Shown piece after piece: positions 19,097 through 29,395 of a DNA stretch of 64,000 bases (the first letter of the stretch is position 1; the number at the start of each line of letters is the position of its first letter). The stretch is from Pirellulales bacterium (GTDB lineage Bacteria > Planctomycetota > Planctomycetia > Pirellulales > JAICIG01). Position numbers and translations under genes: made by a program. The stretch spans positions 234,599-298,598 of the forward strand of contig JBBDYJ010000010.1 of NCBI GenBank assembly GCA_040901675.1, written 5' to 3'. The notes beneath the pieces were generated by a model. That model saw only the letters and a list, made by a program, of their open reading frames with translations. It searched no databases and was not told where the DNA came from.

Positions 19097-21361
19097 ATGG
19101 AACGCGAGCCCTTCTCAATGCACAGCGTATCGGGGTACAGCGTATCGGGGCGGCCCACACGCGTTTGCCGGCGGGCTCACGGCAGCCTTGCCGAAGCCCT
19201 GCTGTTGCTGCCGTTGGCCCTGCTTTTTCTGGCGGAATTCGTAACGCCGGCCGCACTCGCCCAGGCGGGCAAAGACGAGAAGGGCAAGGCCGCGGGGAAC
19301 GCCAAGGCCGCATCCAAGGAACGGCGTGCGGGCCGGCTGATCCGCGTCGCCGCGCCCATCACCGACAAGGTCGATTCCCGCGTCAAGCGGCTGGTCGACG
19401 AAACGATCCGCCAGGCGAAGGAAAAAGGCGAATGGCCCGTGTTGATCTTCGAGATCCATCCGGGACGCAGCGAGTTCGGCCAGGCGGTCGACCTGGCCCG
19501 CTACCTTTCCAGCCCCGCCTTGAACGGCGCCACGACGGTCGCCTACCTGCCTGGCACGGTGACCGGCCACGCCGTGCTGGTGGCGATGGCCTGCGACGAG
19601 ATCATCATGCACGAAGAGGCCGAGATCGGCAGCGCCGGCGAGGCGGAGTCGGTGATCGAGCCATCGGTGCGCAGCGCCTACCGCGAGATTGCCAACCGCC
19701 GCAAGACGGTCCCGGTGGACCTGGCGCTCAAGATGCTCGATCCGTCGAAGGAACTGCTGGTGGTGGAAACCGACGTCAGCCGCGAGTACGTGCTGGCGGA
19801 GCGATTGGCGGAGCTGCGCAAGAAAAAATCGGTGGTTTCGTCCAAGGTGCTGATTCCGGCCGGCAAGCCGGGGGTCTTCTCGGGCAGCCAGGCACGGGAG
19901 CTGGGCTTTGTCAGCTACCTGGCCGCGGAACGAACCGACGTGGCCAAGGCGCTGGGCTTGCCGAACAAGGCCGTCGAGGAGGATGTGTCCGACGGCGAGC
20001 TGCGGCCCGTACGGATCGCGCTGAAGGGTCCCATCTCGGCGTCGACCGCCGGGCAGGTTCAGAACATGATCCAGAACCAGATTCGCGACAACGACGTGAA
20101 CTTTATATGCGTCTGGATCGATAGTCCCGGCGGCTCGCCGCTGGACAGCATCAACCTGGCCAACTTTCTGGCCGGTCTCGACTCGACCCAGCGGCGCACG
20201 GTGGCTTACATCCCGTCCGAAGCGCGGGCCGACGCCGCCTTCGTGGCCCTGGCCTGCGACCAGATTGTCATGCACCCGCGGGCCGTGCTTGGCGGACCGG
20301 GCACCTTCGACATCCCCAAGGCCGACGTGCAGGTGATCGTCCAGTCGGTGATGGGCATCGCCGAGCAGAAGCGCCGTTCACCGGCGCTGGCGGCCGCCAT
20401 GATTGATCCGAACCTGACGGTCCACCGTTACACGCGCCAGACCGACGGGCTGGACGATTACTTCAGCGAGGCCGACCTGGCCGCCCTCGACGATGCCAAA
20501 GAGTGGCGGCGGGGGGAACGGATCACCACGCCGGGCCGGCCGCTGCGGCTGGACGGCGCCACGGCCGAGCAACTCGGAGTGGCCCGCGACGTCGTCCACG
20601 ACTTCAACGAGTTCAAGGCCCTCTACGGCCTGGAGGACGACCCCACGCTGGTCGAGCCGGGCTGGGCCGATTACCTGATCGACGCCCTGAACTCGCCCGG
20701 TATTTCGTGGTTCTTGTTGTTGCTGGGCGGAGCGGCCCTGTACGCGGAGCTGCAGTCGCCGGGCATCGGTCTGGGCGGGTTGATCGCCGGACTTTGCTTT
20801 TTGCTCTATTTCTGGAGCGCTTACCTGGGCGGCACGGCCGGCTGGCTGGAAGTGCTGCTGTTTGGGGCGGGCATGGTCTGCTTGTTGTTGGAGATCTTCG
20901 TCTTGCCCGGCTTCGGCCTGTTCGGCCTGGCCGGCGGGCTGTTGGTGATTTGCTCGTTGATTCTGGCCAGCCAGACGTTCGTGCTGCCCCGCAACGAGTA
21001 CCAACTGGCCCAGTTGCGAAACCACCTGTTCGTGCTGTGCGGCGCGGGGGTGGGCACGGTGGCGGCCGCCGCCTTGATGCGCCGCTATCTGCCTCACGCC
21101 CCGGTGTTCAACCGCATGCTGCTGGCGCCGCCTTCCGAGGAAGAGATTTCGGTTATCGCCGAGCGTGAAGCGATGACACGGCTCGACCATTTGCTGGGCA
21201 GCCGGGGCGAAACCTCCACGCCGCTGATGCCGGGGGGCAAAGCACGTATCGGCGACCAGCTCGTCGACGTGATGGCCGACGGCGGCTTCGTGGAGCGAGG
21301 CAAGCCGATTGAAGTCATCGAGGTCCGCGGCAGCCGGGTCGTCGTCCGCGAGATAACGTAG
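19097..21361 (+). CDS. nfeD: Long NfeD-like membrane protein with two ClpP/crotonase-fold domains
   Basis: IDSPGG, ALACDQIVM and AMACDEIIM, TM bundle with ELQSPG and LEIFVLPGFG, C-terminal OB 'PLMPGGKARIG'; start uncertain (19055, 19097 or 19118). Confidence 0.88.
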   Translation: MEREPFSMHSVSGYSVSGRPTRVCRRAHGSLAEALLLLPLALLFLAEFVTPAALAQAGKDEKGKAAGNAKAASKERRAGRLIRVAAPITDKVDSRVKRLVDETIRQAKEKGEWPVLIFEIHPGRSEFGQAVDLARYLSSPALNGATTVAYLPGTVTGHAVLVAMACDEIIMHEEAEIGSAGEAESVIEPSVRSAYREIANRRKTVPVDLALKMLDPSKELLVVETDVSREYVLAERLAELRKKKSVVSSKVLIPAGKPGVFSGSQARELGFVSYLAAERTDVAKALGLPNKAVEEDVSDGELRPVRIALKGPISASTAGQVQNMIQNQIRDNDVNFICVWIDSPGGSPLDSINLANFLAGLDSTQRRTVAYIPSEARADAAFVALACDQIVMHPRAVLGGPGTFDIPKADVQVIVQSVMGIAEQKRRSPALAAAMIDPNLTVHRYTRQTDGLDDYFSEADLAALDDAKEWRRGERITTPGRPLRLDGATAEQLGVARDVVHDFNEFKALYGLEDDPTLVEPGWADYLIDALNSPGISWFLLLLGGAALYAELQSPGIGLGGLIAGLCFLLYFWSAYLGGTAGWLEVLLFGAGMVCLLLEIFVLPGFGLFGLAGGLLVICSLILASQTFVLPRNEYQLAQLRNHLFVLCGAGVGTVAAAALMRRYLPHAPVFNRMLLAPPSEEEISVIAEREAMTRLDHLLGSRGETSTPLMPGGKARIGDQLVDVMADGGFVERGKPIEVIEVRGSRVVVREIT

Positions 21362-21372
21362 AGGCCGGCGCT

Positions 21373-21948
21373 ATGGATCCCCTGGGTTGGGCGGCGGTTT
21401 TGCTGTTGATCGGCCTGGCGTTGGCCGTGCTGGAGGTGTTCGTGCCCTCCGGCGGCATCATCGGCTTCTTGTCGATCCTGGCGGCGCTGGCGGCGATCGT
21501 GCTCGCTTTCCGCCAGGGGTACGGGTACGGACTCGGCTTTTTGGGGGCCGCCGTGGTGGCGCTGCCGGCGGCCCTGGCATTGGCGCTGCACTGGTGGCCT
21601 GCCACGCCCATGGGCCGCCGCGTGCTGCTGCCGGTTCTGAGCCCCGACGACGTGCTGCCCGACGACGACGAGCGGCTGAACCTGAAGTCGCTGGTGGGCC
21701 AGGTCGGCCAGGCCCGCTCGCTGATGCTGCCCAGCGGTTTGGTGGCGATCCAGGGACACAATGTCGACGCCGTGAGCGAAGGAATGGTGATCGAGGCGGG
21801 CCAGTGGGTGCGGGTGATCGAGGTCCGCGGCACGCGGGTAGTGGTCCGGCCGACCGACCCGCAGACGCTGCCCAGCGACCCGAAGGATCCCTTGTCGCAG
21901 CCGATCGACACGCTGGGTTTGAACCCGTTTGAAGATCCGCTCGCCTGA
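21373..21948 (+). CDS. Short NfeD family protein
   Basis: LEVFVPSGG, C-terminal 'PSG..AI.G..VDAVSEG.VIEAG..VRVIEV' OB domain. Confidence 0.9.
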   Translation: MDPLGWAAVLLLIGLALAVLEVFVPSGGIIGFLSILAALAAIVLAFRQGYGYGLGFLGAAVVALPAALALALHWWPATPMGRRVLLPVLSPDDVLPDDDERLNLKSLVGQVGQARSLMLPSGLVAIQGHNVDAVSEGMVIEAGQWVRVIEVRGTRVVVRPTDPQTLPSDPKDPLSQPIDTLGLNPFEDPLA

Positions 21949-22050
21949 CAGCCGGCCGCCGCGCCCCCGCGCTGGTTGGTTCCCTGGTGGGTTCGTCGGC
22001 TTGACAACCCTCGGTAATCCGGGGACGATTTGTGGCGGAGGACCCGATCA

Positions 22051-23148
22051 ATGAACCGACTCGCCAGACACCTGTTTGCACAGGCCGACAACCTGTTTGC
22101 ACAGGCCGACATGGGAAACGTTTTCTGGGTGGTGGGGCTGTTCGCCATCCTGGTGGTGGCGTTGGTGTTCTTTGCCATTTTTGCCCGCTACTTTCGCTTC
22201 TGGATCCAATCGGTCACGACCGGAGCGGGGATCGGCATCTTCGATCTCTTGGGGATGACTTTCCGCAAGGTCAACCCCACGATCATCGTCCGCAGCAAAA
22301 TCATGGCCGTGCAGGCGGGGCTGGGCGAGGAGACGGGAATCACCAGCAACGCCCTGGAAGCGCACTACCTGGCCGGCGGCAACGTGCCGCTGGTCATCCG
22401 GGCCATCATCGCCGCCAACAAGGCCAAGATCATCGACCTCTCGTTCAAGCGGGCCACGGCCATCGACCTGGCCGGACGTAACGTGCTGGAGGCCGTGCAG
22501 ACCAGCGTATATCCCAAGGTCATCGACTGCCCCGGCCGGAGCTCCGGACGCCAGTCGCTCGACGCCGTGGCGAAAAACGGCATCCAGCTCAAAGTCAAGG
22601 CCCGCGTCACGGTCCGCGCCAACCTGGCCCAGTTGATCGGAGGCGCCACCGAGGAGACCATCATCGCCCGGGTCGGTGAGGGAATCGTCAGCGCCATTGG
22701 CTCGTCCGAGTCGCACACCCAGGTGCTCCAAAACCCCGATCGCATCTCCAAGGCCGTGCTGGCCCGGCGGCTCGACTCGCAGACCGCCTTCGAGATCGTG
22801 TCGATCGACATCGCGGACATCGAGGTGGGCGACAACATCGGCGCCCGCCTGCAAGCCGACCAGGCCGAGGCCGACACCCGCCGCGCCCGCGCCGCCGCCG
22901 AAAGCCAGCGCGCCATGGCCGTGGCCCGCGAGCAGGAGATGATTGCCCAGATCGAGGAGAGCCGGGCCCGCGTGATCGAAGCCGAGGCCGAGGTTCCCAA
23001 GGCGATTGCCGAAGCCTTCCGCGACGGCACGCTGGGCATCCTCGATTACTACAAGCTGCGCAACGTCCAGGCCGACACCGACATGCGGACGGCCATCGCC
23101 GGCGGCAGCAGCACCAGCACTCGGATCGTGCAGAGGTCGCAGGCATGA
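22051..23148 (+). CDS. floA: Flotillin-like protein FloA (UPF0365/YqfA)
   Basis: [61 protein letters not shown]. Confidence 0.95.
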   Translation: MNRLARHLFAQADNLFAQADMGNVFWVVGLFAILVVALVFFAIFARYFRFWIQSVTTGAGIGIFDLLGMTFRKVNPTIIVRSKIMAVQAGLGEETGITSNALEAHYLAGGNVPLVIRAIIAANKAKIIDLSFKRATAIDLAGRNVLEAVQTSVYPKVIDCPGRSSGRQSLDAVAKNGIQLKVKARVTVRANLAQLIGGATEETIIARVGEGIVSAIGSSESHTQVLQNPDRISKAVLARRLDSQTAFEIVSIDIADIEVGDNIGARLQADQAEADTRRARAAAESQRAMAVAREQEMIAQIEESRARVIEAEAEVPKAIAEAFRDGTLGILDYYKLRNVQADTDMRTAIAGGSSTSTRIVQRSQA

Positions 23149-23816
23149 TCGGCTTGGCGGCGCTCTTGGCCGACGTCAATTGGGGCGCGCTGATCCCCAT
23201 CTTTCTGTTCGTGATTTGGATCCTCAACCAGTTGCTCAGCGCGGCGGGGAAGGGTCAGAAAGCCCCCAAGCCGGCCGAGCGGCCTCGGCCGCGGCCGGCG
23301 CCTATCAACCCCCGGCGGCAGGAACTGAACGACGAGGTCGGCGAATTTCTGCGCCGCGCCGCGGAAAAGCGGGGCGGTCAGCCCGCGCCGGCCGAGGCGG
23401 CGCGGGAACAACGTGCGGCGGCCGCCGCCCGCCAGGCGCAGCGAGCGGTGGAACCAGTCGCCGTCCAGGCCGTCGACGAGCCCCCCAGCGGCTCGCGAGT
23501 CGCCGCCCACGTCCAGCAGCACCTCGGCACGCAGCAGTTTTCGCGGCGTGCCGGCCAGTTGCCCCCGGTCGACCAGGCCGACGAGCTGCTCGATTCGCAC
23601 CTGCACCAGGTCTTCGATCATCAGTTGGGAAGCCTGGGGGGCCTGGGAATCCAAGCCGCCGAACCGGCCGAGCTGACAACGGAATCCGCCGACAATCAGG
23701 CCCTGCCCACGACGGCCACCGCCGAGGCTCTGGCAAGCTTGCTGGCCAACCCACAAACCCTGCGCGGGGCCATCGTCCTCAACGAAATCTTCACTCGACC
23801 CGAGCACCGCTGGTAA
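23145..23816 (+). CDS. floA-operon membrane-anchored hypothetical protein
   Basis: ATGA overlap, N-terminal TM, C-terminal [14 protein letters not shown]. Confidence 0.8.
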   Translation: MIGLAALLADVNWGALIPIFLFVIWILNQLLSAAGKGQKAPKPAERPRPRPAPINPRRQELNDEVGEFLRRAAEKRGGQPAPAEAAREQRAAAAARQAQRAVEPVAVQAVDEPPSGSRVAAHVQQHLGTQQFSRRAGQLPPVDQADELLDSHLHQVFDHQLGSLGGLGIQAAEPAELTTESADNQALPTTATAEALASLLANPQTLRGAIVLNEIFTRPEHRW

Positions 23817-23904
23817 ATCGCGCGGCGCCGGAGCTCGCCCTGGTCGCCGCCGCGCGAAAGCCGGCCGCGCACTTTGCCTCTCGTTCCAAGAAAGGACACG
23901 CTCG

Positions 23905-24822
23905 ATGGCCGTCGCCCAAGTCGAACCGGGAAAAACCAAGCTCGGATGGATCGGGACCGGCGTGATGGGGTCGAGCATGTGCGGCCATCTCATCGACAAG
24001 GGTTTTTCGGTCACGGTCCACAACCGCACGCGGTCTCGGGCCGAGGGGCTGATGGCGAAAGGGGCCCGTTGGGCGGACACTCCCAAGGCGGTGGCCGAGG
24101 CCTCGGACGTGGTGTTCACCATCGTCGGGATGCCCAGCGACGTGCGGGCGGTGGTGCTGGGCGAGCGGGGGGCGCTGGCCGGCAGCAAGCCGGGTAACAT
24201 CCTGGTCGACATGACCACCAGCGAACCCTCGTTGGCCGAGGAGATCGCCGTGGCCGCCGCCCAGCGCGCGGTACACAGCGTCGACGCGCCGGTGTCGGGC
24301 GGCGACGTGGGGGCGCGCGAGGCGCGGCTGTCGATCATGATCGGCGGCGGCAAGGAGGTGGTCGAGGCCCTGGCGCCGTGCTGGGAAGCGATGGGCAAGA
24401 CGATTGTTCACCAGGGCGGCCCGGGGGCCGGGCAGCATGCCAAGATGGTCAACCAGATCTTGATTGCGACCAACATGATCGGCGTCTGCGAAGGGCTGTT
24501 GTATGCTTACCGATCGGGCCTGGAGTTGCCGACGGTGATGAAGTCGGTGACGCCCGGCGCCGCCGGCAGTTGGTCGCTTTCGAATCTAGGGCCGAGGATC
24601 ATCGAAGGCAATTTCGCGCCGGGTTTCATGGTCGAGCACTTCATCAAGGACATGGGGATCGCCCTGGCCGAAGCCAAGCGGATGGGGCTGGCCCTGCCCG
24701 GCCTGGCCCTGGCCCATCAGTTGTACATCGCCTGCGCCGCCCAGGGGCACGCCCGCGACGGCACCCACGCGCTGGAGCTCGCCCTGGCATCGCTGTCGGG
24801 CATCGACTGGCGTCGCCGCTAG
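23905..24822 (+). CDS. 3-hydroxyisobutyrate dehydrogenase / tartronate semialdehyde reductase family
   Basis: [43 protein letters not shown]. Confidence 0.94.
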   Translation: MAVAQVEPGKTKLGWIGTGVMGSSMCGHLIDKGFSVTVHNRTRSRAEGLMAKGARWADTPKAVAEASDVVFTIVGMPSDVRAVVLGERGALAGSKPGNILVDMTTSEPSLAEEIAVAAAQRAVHSVDAPVSGGDVGAREARLSIMIGGGKEVVEALAPCWEAMGKTIVHQGGPGAGQHAKMVNQILIATNMIGVCEGLLYAYRSGLELPTVMKSVTPGAAGSWSLSNLGPRIIEGNFAPGFMVEHFIKDMGIALAEAKRMGLALPGLALAHQLYIACAAQGHARDGTHALELALASLSGIDWRRR

Positions 24823-25038
24823 GCGCCCACCGGCCCCGCCGCTCGCTCTTTCGATCCGCGATATTGCCGGCATAGCCGGGCATCTGCTATCCTTACAGCT
24901 TCTCGGCAACAGCCTGCCCAAGGGCCGCTCTCGCGGCCCCTTCAACGGGCGCTTCTGCCAATCGTGCGTCGGCGTGTGGCGATCGGTCGGTATTGCAGGT
25001 CCAACGGATAAGACTCATGAAAGTTGATGGAGAGCGGT

Positions 25039-25128
25039 GTGGGAACTAAGAAGACAGGCAAGGGACGGCGTAAAGTTGGTCGCAAGAAGCGCCGCATGCG
25101 GGCCAAGATCAGGCACCGCAAAGGTTAG
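25039..25128 (+). CDS. 29-aa very basic peptide, candidate bS22/mS38 (AURKAIP1/COX24)-like small ribosomal protein
   Basis: GGAGAG RBS then GTG; MGTKKTGKGRRKVGRKKRRMRAKIRHRKG*; too short for the ORF track. Confidence 0.65.
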   Translation: MGTKKTGKGRRKVGRKKRRMRAKIRHRKG

Positions 25129-25233
25129 TCCTCGTCGTGGCGCGCGCCTTGCGCAAGCGCGGCGACGGGCCCGGCCACCGCGGTGGGCGCAGGCGGCGCA
25201 GTGCCCATGGGCGCCGCCAGCGGTCGGCCGACC

Positions 25234-27459
25234 ATGAAGCCACTGCGGATCAAGAGCCCGCGACGCAAGTTTTCCGCGTCGCGCGACGACAACGGCGTGC
25301 CCCACATCGTCGGCGACTCGTGGCCCAGTGCCTTGTATGGCCTGGGCTATCTGCACGCCGTCGATCGCCCCACGCAGATGCTCTTCTCCAGGGCCGTGGC
25401 CAGCGGCCGCTCGGCCGAGCTGATCGCCGGCAAGCCGGAGCTGCTGGAAACCGATCGCTTCTTCCGCCGGGCCGGACTCTACCTGAACCTCGATCGCGAA
25501 GTCAGCCGGCTCGACGATCGGACCTTCGCCGGCCTCACCGCCTACTGCGAGGGCGTCAACGACGGCATGAAGCAGTCAGGCCGCTCCCTGGCAATGTGGG
25601 CCACCGGCTTCCAACGAGAGCCATGGAACCAGCACGCCGTGCTGCTGATCGGCAACTTGCTCAACTTCGGTGGCCTGGCCGTCGGGCAACAGCAGAACGA
25701 ACGGCTGTTGCTGGAGCTGATCCTGGCCGGCGTCAACCGCGAAAAACTGCAGGAGTTGTTCAAGCCGCTTCTCGACTCGGCCGACTTCGACCTGCTGCGC
25801 CAAATCAAGATCTCCAGCCGGCTCTCCGACGAGGCGCTGGAGCTGATCGCCGACCTGCCTCGGCTGGCCGGCAGCAACGCCTGGGCCGTCAGCCCCATGC
25901 GCACCGCCGGCCGCGGCGCCTTGCTGGCCAGCGACCCGCACCTGGAGGTCAACCGGCTGCCGGCCATCTGGTACGAGGCGGTTGTGCAATGGGACCGGGG
26001 AAGCTATTGCCTGGGCGCCACGCTTCCCGGCTGCCCGCTGTTCGCGGTGGCCCGCACCCGGCAACTGGCCTGGGGCGTGACTTACATGAAAGGGGATACC
26101 AGCGACTACTTCATCGAAGACTGCCGCCGCGGCCAGCGGGGCTGGCAGTACCGCCGCCGCAACGATTGGCTCGACTTCGAGGTCCGCGAAGAGCGGCTCG
26201 GCCGCAAGGGCGGACCAAGCGAGGTCCTGCCCGTTTACTTCAACTCGCTGGGCACCTTGGAGGCCGATCCCGACGTCTGCGGACCCGGATATCTGCTGTC
26301 GACGGCCTGGACCGGGCACGCCGAGGGCACCGGCGGTTCGATGTCCACCTGGCTGAAGCTGGTAGCCTGCCAGAGCACGTCGGAGGCCATGGAACTGGTC
26401 CGCGACTGCCCGCAGCCCACGCTCTGCTGGATCTTTGCCGATGCCGAGGGGCACATCGGCAGCCAGGCCAGCGGTTGGATCCCGAGACGGCCCAAGAACC
26501 ACAACGGCATGCTGCCGATTCCCGCCTGGGAGCCGGCCAACCATTGGCAAGGCTGGCTGGCCAGTCACCTGCTGCCGGCCAGCTACGATCCGCCCCAGGG
26601 TTTCGTGGCCAGTGCCAACGAGAACATCAACCCGCCGGGAGGTCCGTTGCTGGTCACCCAACCGGTGCCCGATTATCGCCGCCGCCGGATCGACGAACGG
26701 CTGTCGCAGTTGTCGGCCGCCACCCTGGCCGACATGCAGGCCTTGCAGTACGACGTGGTCAGCCTGCAGGCCCGCGAGCTGTTGGAGATCTTTCTGCCGC
26801 ACCTGCCGCCCGGCGACGTCAAAGATCGACTGGCGCGGTGGGAGCACGCCTACGATCCGCCCAGTGTCGAGCCCGCGCTGTTCACGCGGCTGTATCGCAA
26901 CGTGCTGTTGGAGATTTTTGGCCGCGACCCGAAACAACAGGGCGGCCTCGGCTGGCGGCGGATGCTCTATCTTTGTTCGCGGGCAGGTTTCTCGATGATG
27001 GTGGTGACCTGCATCGACCGGCTGCTCAAGAACGAGCACTCGCTCTGGTGGAGCGGCCGCGAGAAGGGAGAATTGATCCGCCGGGCGGCCGAAAAGCTCA
27101 ATGCGGGCGACTTGCAGCCCTGGGCCGCCGTGAACGCCTTCAAGTTCACCAACCGCTTTTTCGAGGGCCGCTTGGTCGGCCGGGCCTTGGGGCTCCACAC
27201 CAGCGACGTGCCGATGCCCGGCTGCCACGCGACGCCGTTTCAGGGTCACTTGCTGCGCGCGGCGACGCGGGAAACCACGTTCGCCCCCTCGTACCACTTT
27301 GTGGCCGACCTGGCGCATCCCGATGCCTGGACGAACCTGCCCGGCGGTCCCAGCGAGAGCTGGTTTTCGCGCTGGTACAAGAGCGACATCCCTCGCTGGT
27401 GCAAAGGGGAATACAAGCGGCTGGCCCCCGGCAGAGCCATCGACACGGCGGCGAAGTGA
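25234..27459 (+). CDS. Penicillin acylase (Ntn-hydrolase S45) family protein
   Basis: RDDNGVPHI, GSNAWAV nucleophile, LLASDPHL, SANE, PGGPSE. Confidence 0.93.
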   Translation: MKPLRIKSPRRKFSASRDDNGVPHIVGDSWPSALYGLGYLHAVDRPTQMLFSRAVASGRSAELIAGKPELLETDRFFRRAGLYLNLDREVSRLDDRTFAGLTAYCEGVNDGMKQSGRSLAMWATGFQREPWNQHAVLLIGNLLNFGGLAVGQQQNERLLLELILAGVNREKLQELFKPLLDSADFDLLRQIKISSRLSDEALELIADLPRLAGSNAWAVSPMRTAGRGALLASDPHLEVNRLPAIWYEAVVQWDRGSYCLGATLPGCPLFAVARTRQLAWGVTYMKGDTSDYFIEDCRRGQRGWQYRRRNDWLDFEVREERLGRKGGPSEVLPVYFNSLGTLEADPDVCGPGYLLSTAWTGHAEGTGGSMSTWLKLVACQSTSEAMELVRDCPQPTLCWIFADAEGHIGSQASGWIPRRPKNHNGMLPIPAWEPANHWQGWLASHLLPASYDPPQGFVASANENINPPGGPLLVTQPVPDYRRRRIDERLSQLSAATLADMQALQYDVVSLQARELLEIFLPHLPPGDVKDRLARWEHAYDPPSVEPALFTRLYRNVLLEIFGRDPKQQGGLGWRRMLYLCSRAGFSMMVVTCIDRLLKNEHSLWWSGREKGELIRRAAEKLNAGDLQPWAAVNAFKFTNRFFEGRLVGRALGLHTSDVPMPGCHATPFQGHLLRAATRETTFAPSYHFVADLAHPDAWTNLPGGPSESWFSRWYKSDIPRWCKGEYKRLAPGRAIDTAAK

Positions 27460-27515
27460 GGGACAGAGCGGCGGGCGCTGCAAAGGGCCAGCCTTTCTTC
27501 CCCGGAAACTGCGCC

Positions 27516-27781
27516 AGCCCACGAAGTGGGCGACAGTCAATAGCCGGGCGGCGTAAGCCCCCGGTTGCCGAGCAACAAACCTGTTTGTCAGCCCGCGAAG
27601 CGGGCGACAGCAAGGCGTGGTGCAGCGAATCGTCTGGCCACGACCTAAGCCGTACGCCAGGTGCTCGGACGAACTCGAAGCACCCAAGAAGACCTAACTT
27701 CGCGCCATGGTCACTGTCGCCCCTTTCGGGGCTTACGAGGCCTGTCCGTTGGCGCGTACCTTTCGCCCCGTCCGGGGCTGG
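27516..27781. repeat. Non-autonomous hairpin cluster (AGCCC.C-GAA-G.GGGCGACAG units, direct and inverted)
   Basis: Units at 27516-27536 and 27590-27610; inverted units at 27714-27733 and 27761-27781. Confidence 0.75.
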
Positions 27782-27817
27782 TTGAAGCGATGGGAGGCAT
27801 GGTCTCACGCGAAGAGT

Positions 27818-28345
27818 TTACTGCTCGTCGCGCCAAAACTCGTCGGAATAGGAGCGCTCGACGATCCGGCCGTACTCATCGAGCGAGCGGCGCTGCCCGA
27901 CCGAGTGCCAGGGGTTGATCCCCTTCAGCTCCGGCATGATCTCGACAAGCTGGTCGACCAGCGTCTGGGCCAACCGCTGGATGCCGGGGTTCTCGGCCTT
28001 TTCGGCGATGGCGGCCACGGTCTTCATCACGCGGACCAGCCGGGCGCGCTCGAGCACGGGGGCCGAGAGCGGGGCGTGCGAGTCGACCAGCAGGTCGACC
28101 AGCGGAACTTCCAGGGCCTTTTGCCATTGGTAGAGACGGCTCAAGGGCAGGTCGGAGGTTTCCTCCTCCTCCCGCCGCAACTCGCGGACGTCGCTGCGCA
28201 TCTGCAGCGCCACGCGGCGCAGCGAGACTCCCTGTTCGCGGCGAACTTCCTTGATGCGGTGCAATTGCTCGTCTTTGCGGGTCATGTCAGCCGTGGGCGG
28301 GTCGGCGGCGTTCAGCCCTTCCGTTTCCAGGTGCGAAATACTCAT
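27818..28345 (-). CDS. XRE-family HTH regulator (planctomycete type)
   Basis: LHRIKEVRREQGVSLRRVA...EEETSDLPLSRLYQWQKALEVP; AGGAG RBS. Confidence 0.88.
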   Translation of the reverse strand: MSISHLETEGLNAADPPTADMTRKDEQLHRIKEVRREQGVSLRRVALQMRSDVRELRREEEETSDLPLSRLYQWQKALEVPLVDLLVDSHAPLSAPVLERARLVRVMKTVAAIAEKAENPGIQRLAQTLVDQLVEIMPELKGINPWHSVGQRRSLDEYGRIVERSYSDEFWRDEQ

Positions 28346-29104
28346 CTAACTCTCCTCGTCCAAAGCGTTCCAAGAATAAGGACCCAACGATGACGCAAGG
28401 GAATGAATCCACGGCTGAGCGGCCTTTGCGCATGCGCGCGGCGGGCCACAGCCATGAAGAACTGCCTGAGAAAAAGAAGACACTACTGAGCTGCCGGCCG
28501 AGAAAACCCCCGCCGCCAAGCACGAAAGTGCCCGAACAAAGAAGCCGCTCTCCAGCCGATAAGGCCGACGTTGTACGCCGCCATGCCTGACGGATCACCC
28601 GCCATCACGGCGCCGCTGCTTGCCCGCAACGCCGGCGGACCACTTCCAAGCTGACCCGCTGCTGTGTCTCCGGCTGTCTGGACCTCTGTTCCGGGAACAG
28701 CAAGCTACGAGACCTCCCCAATGCAATCCTAGGCAAGTGGCGCGCGGCGGGCAAGCCTTGCCGGGCGTATTTCGGGCCCGATTTGGTCAAACGTCCCGGC
28801 CGCCGGCGGCGGGTCGTGCCGCTGCTTGGCGAGCCAGGCCACGTGGGGCCAGGCGGCTGCGCCACGGTCAAACCTCGTGCCAGAACCTCCGCGACCACCG
28901 GAAGGGAGTCTGGGCCCGCACGCTGCTGGTCGACCCCGGTCGGCTTAAGGAAAAGCCGTTGGGGGAACGGCAAAGAAACCGCGTGGGCCTCGGGTGTGCC
29001 GTGGTAGAATATGGAAAGGGTATCTGGGAAGGACGCTTGTGTTTTCTGAAAAGCAGCTAAGGTTCTAGTAAGTGAAGCGCCTCACGGAAACCAGGAGATT
29101 CGCA

Positions 29105-29371
29105 ATGGAGGACTCGGTGAAGGCAGGGTGTGGAGGTATGCCTGTCGTGTCGTTGGCCCAGCAATATGCCGCAAACCGGCGGAGATTCACGCTGGAGGAG
29201 TTGGCGGAGTTTCAGGGGAAATGGGTGGCGTTCAGCCGGGACGGAGCGAGGATCCTGGCTTCCGCGGCAACACAATTGGAGCTCGCCCGACAAGCCGAGG
29301 CGCTGGGACTCAAGCGGACGCAGTTCCGAATGGAACCAATAACCGACCCGGACGTGTCGCTCGTGCTTTGA
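29105..29371 (+). CDS. Small DUF5678-like protein
   Basis: ELAEFQGKWVAFSRDGARILAS motif; AGGAG RBS. Confidence 0.6.
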   Translation: MEDSVKAGCGGMPVVSLAQQYAANRRRFTLEELAEFQGKWVAFSRDGARILASAATQLELARQAEALGLKRTQFRMEPITDPDVSLVL

Positions 29372-29395
29372 GGCGTCGATGGGACTTCTTTTGCC

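Noticed and set aside
22001..22029. Internal promoter TTGACA-N17-GACGAT before floA (and TTGACA at 51131 before MEMO)
   Set aside because: The -35 is perfect but the -10 is weak; plausible but not supportable without TSS data
28390..29060. Short ORFs in the XRE upstream region
   Set aside because: No motifs, RBS or codon bias; treated as non-coding
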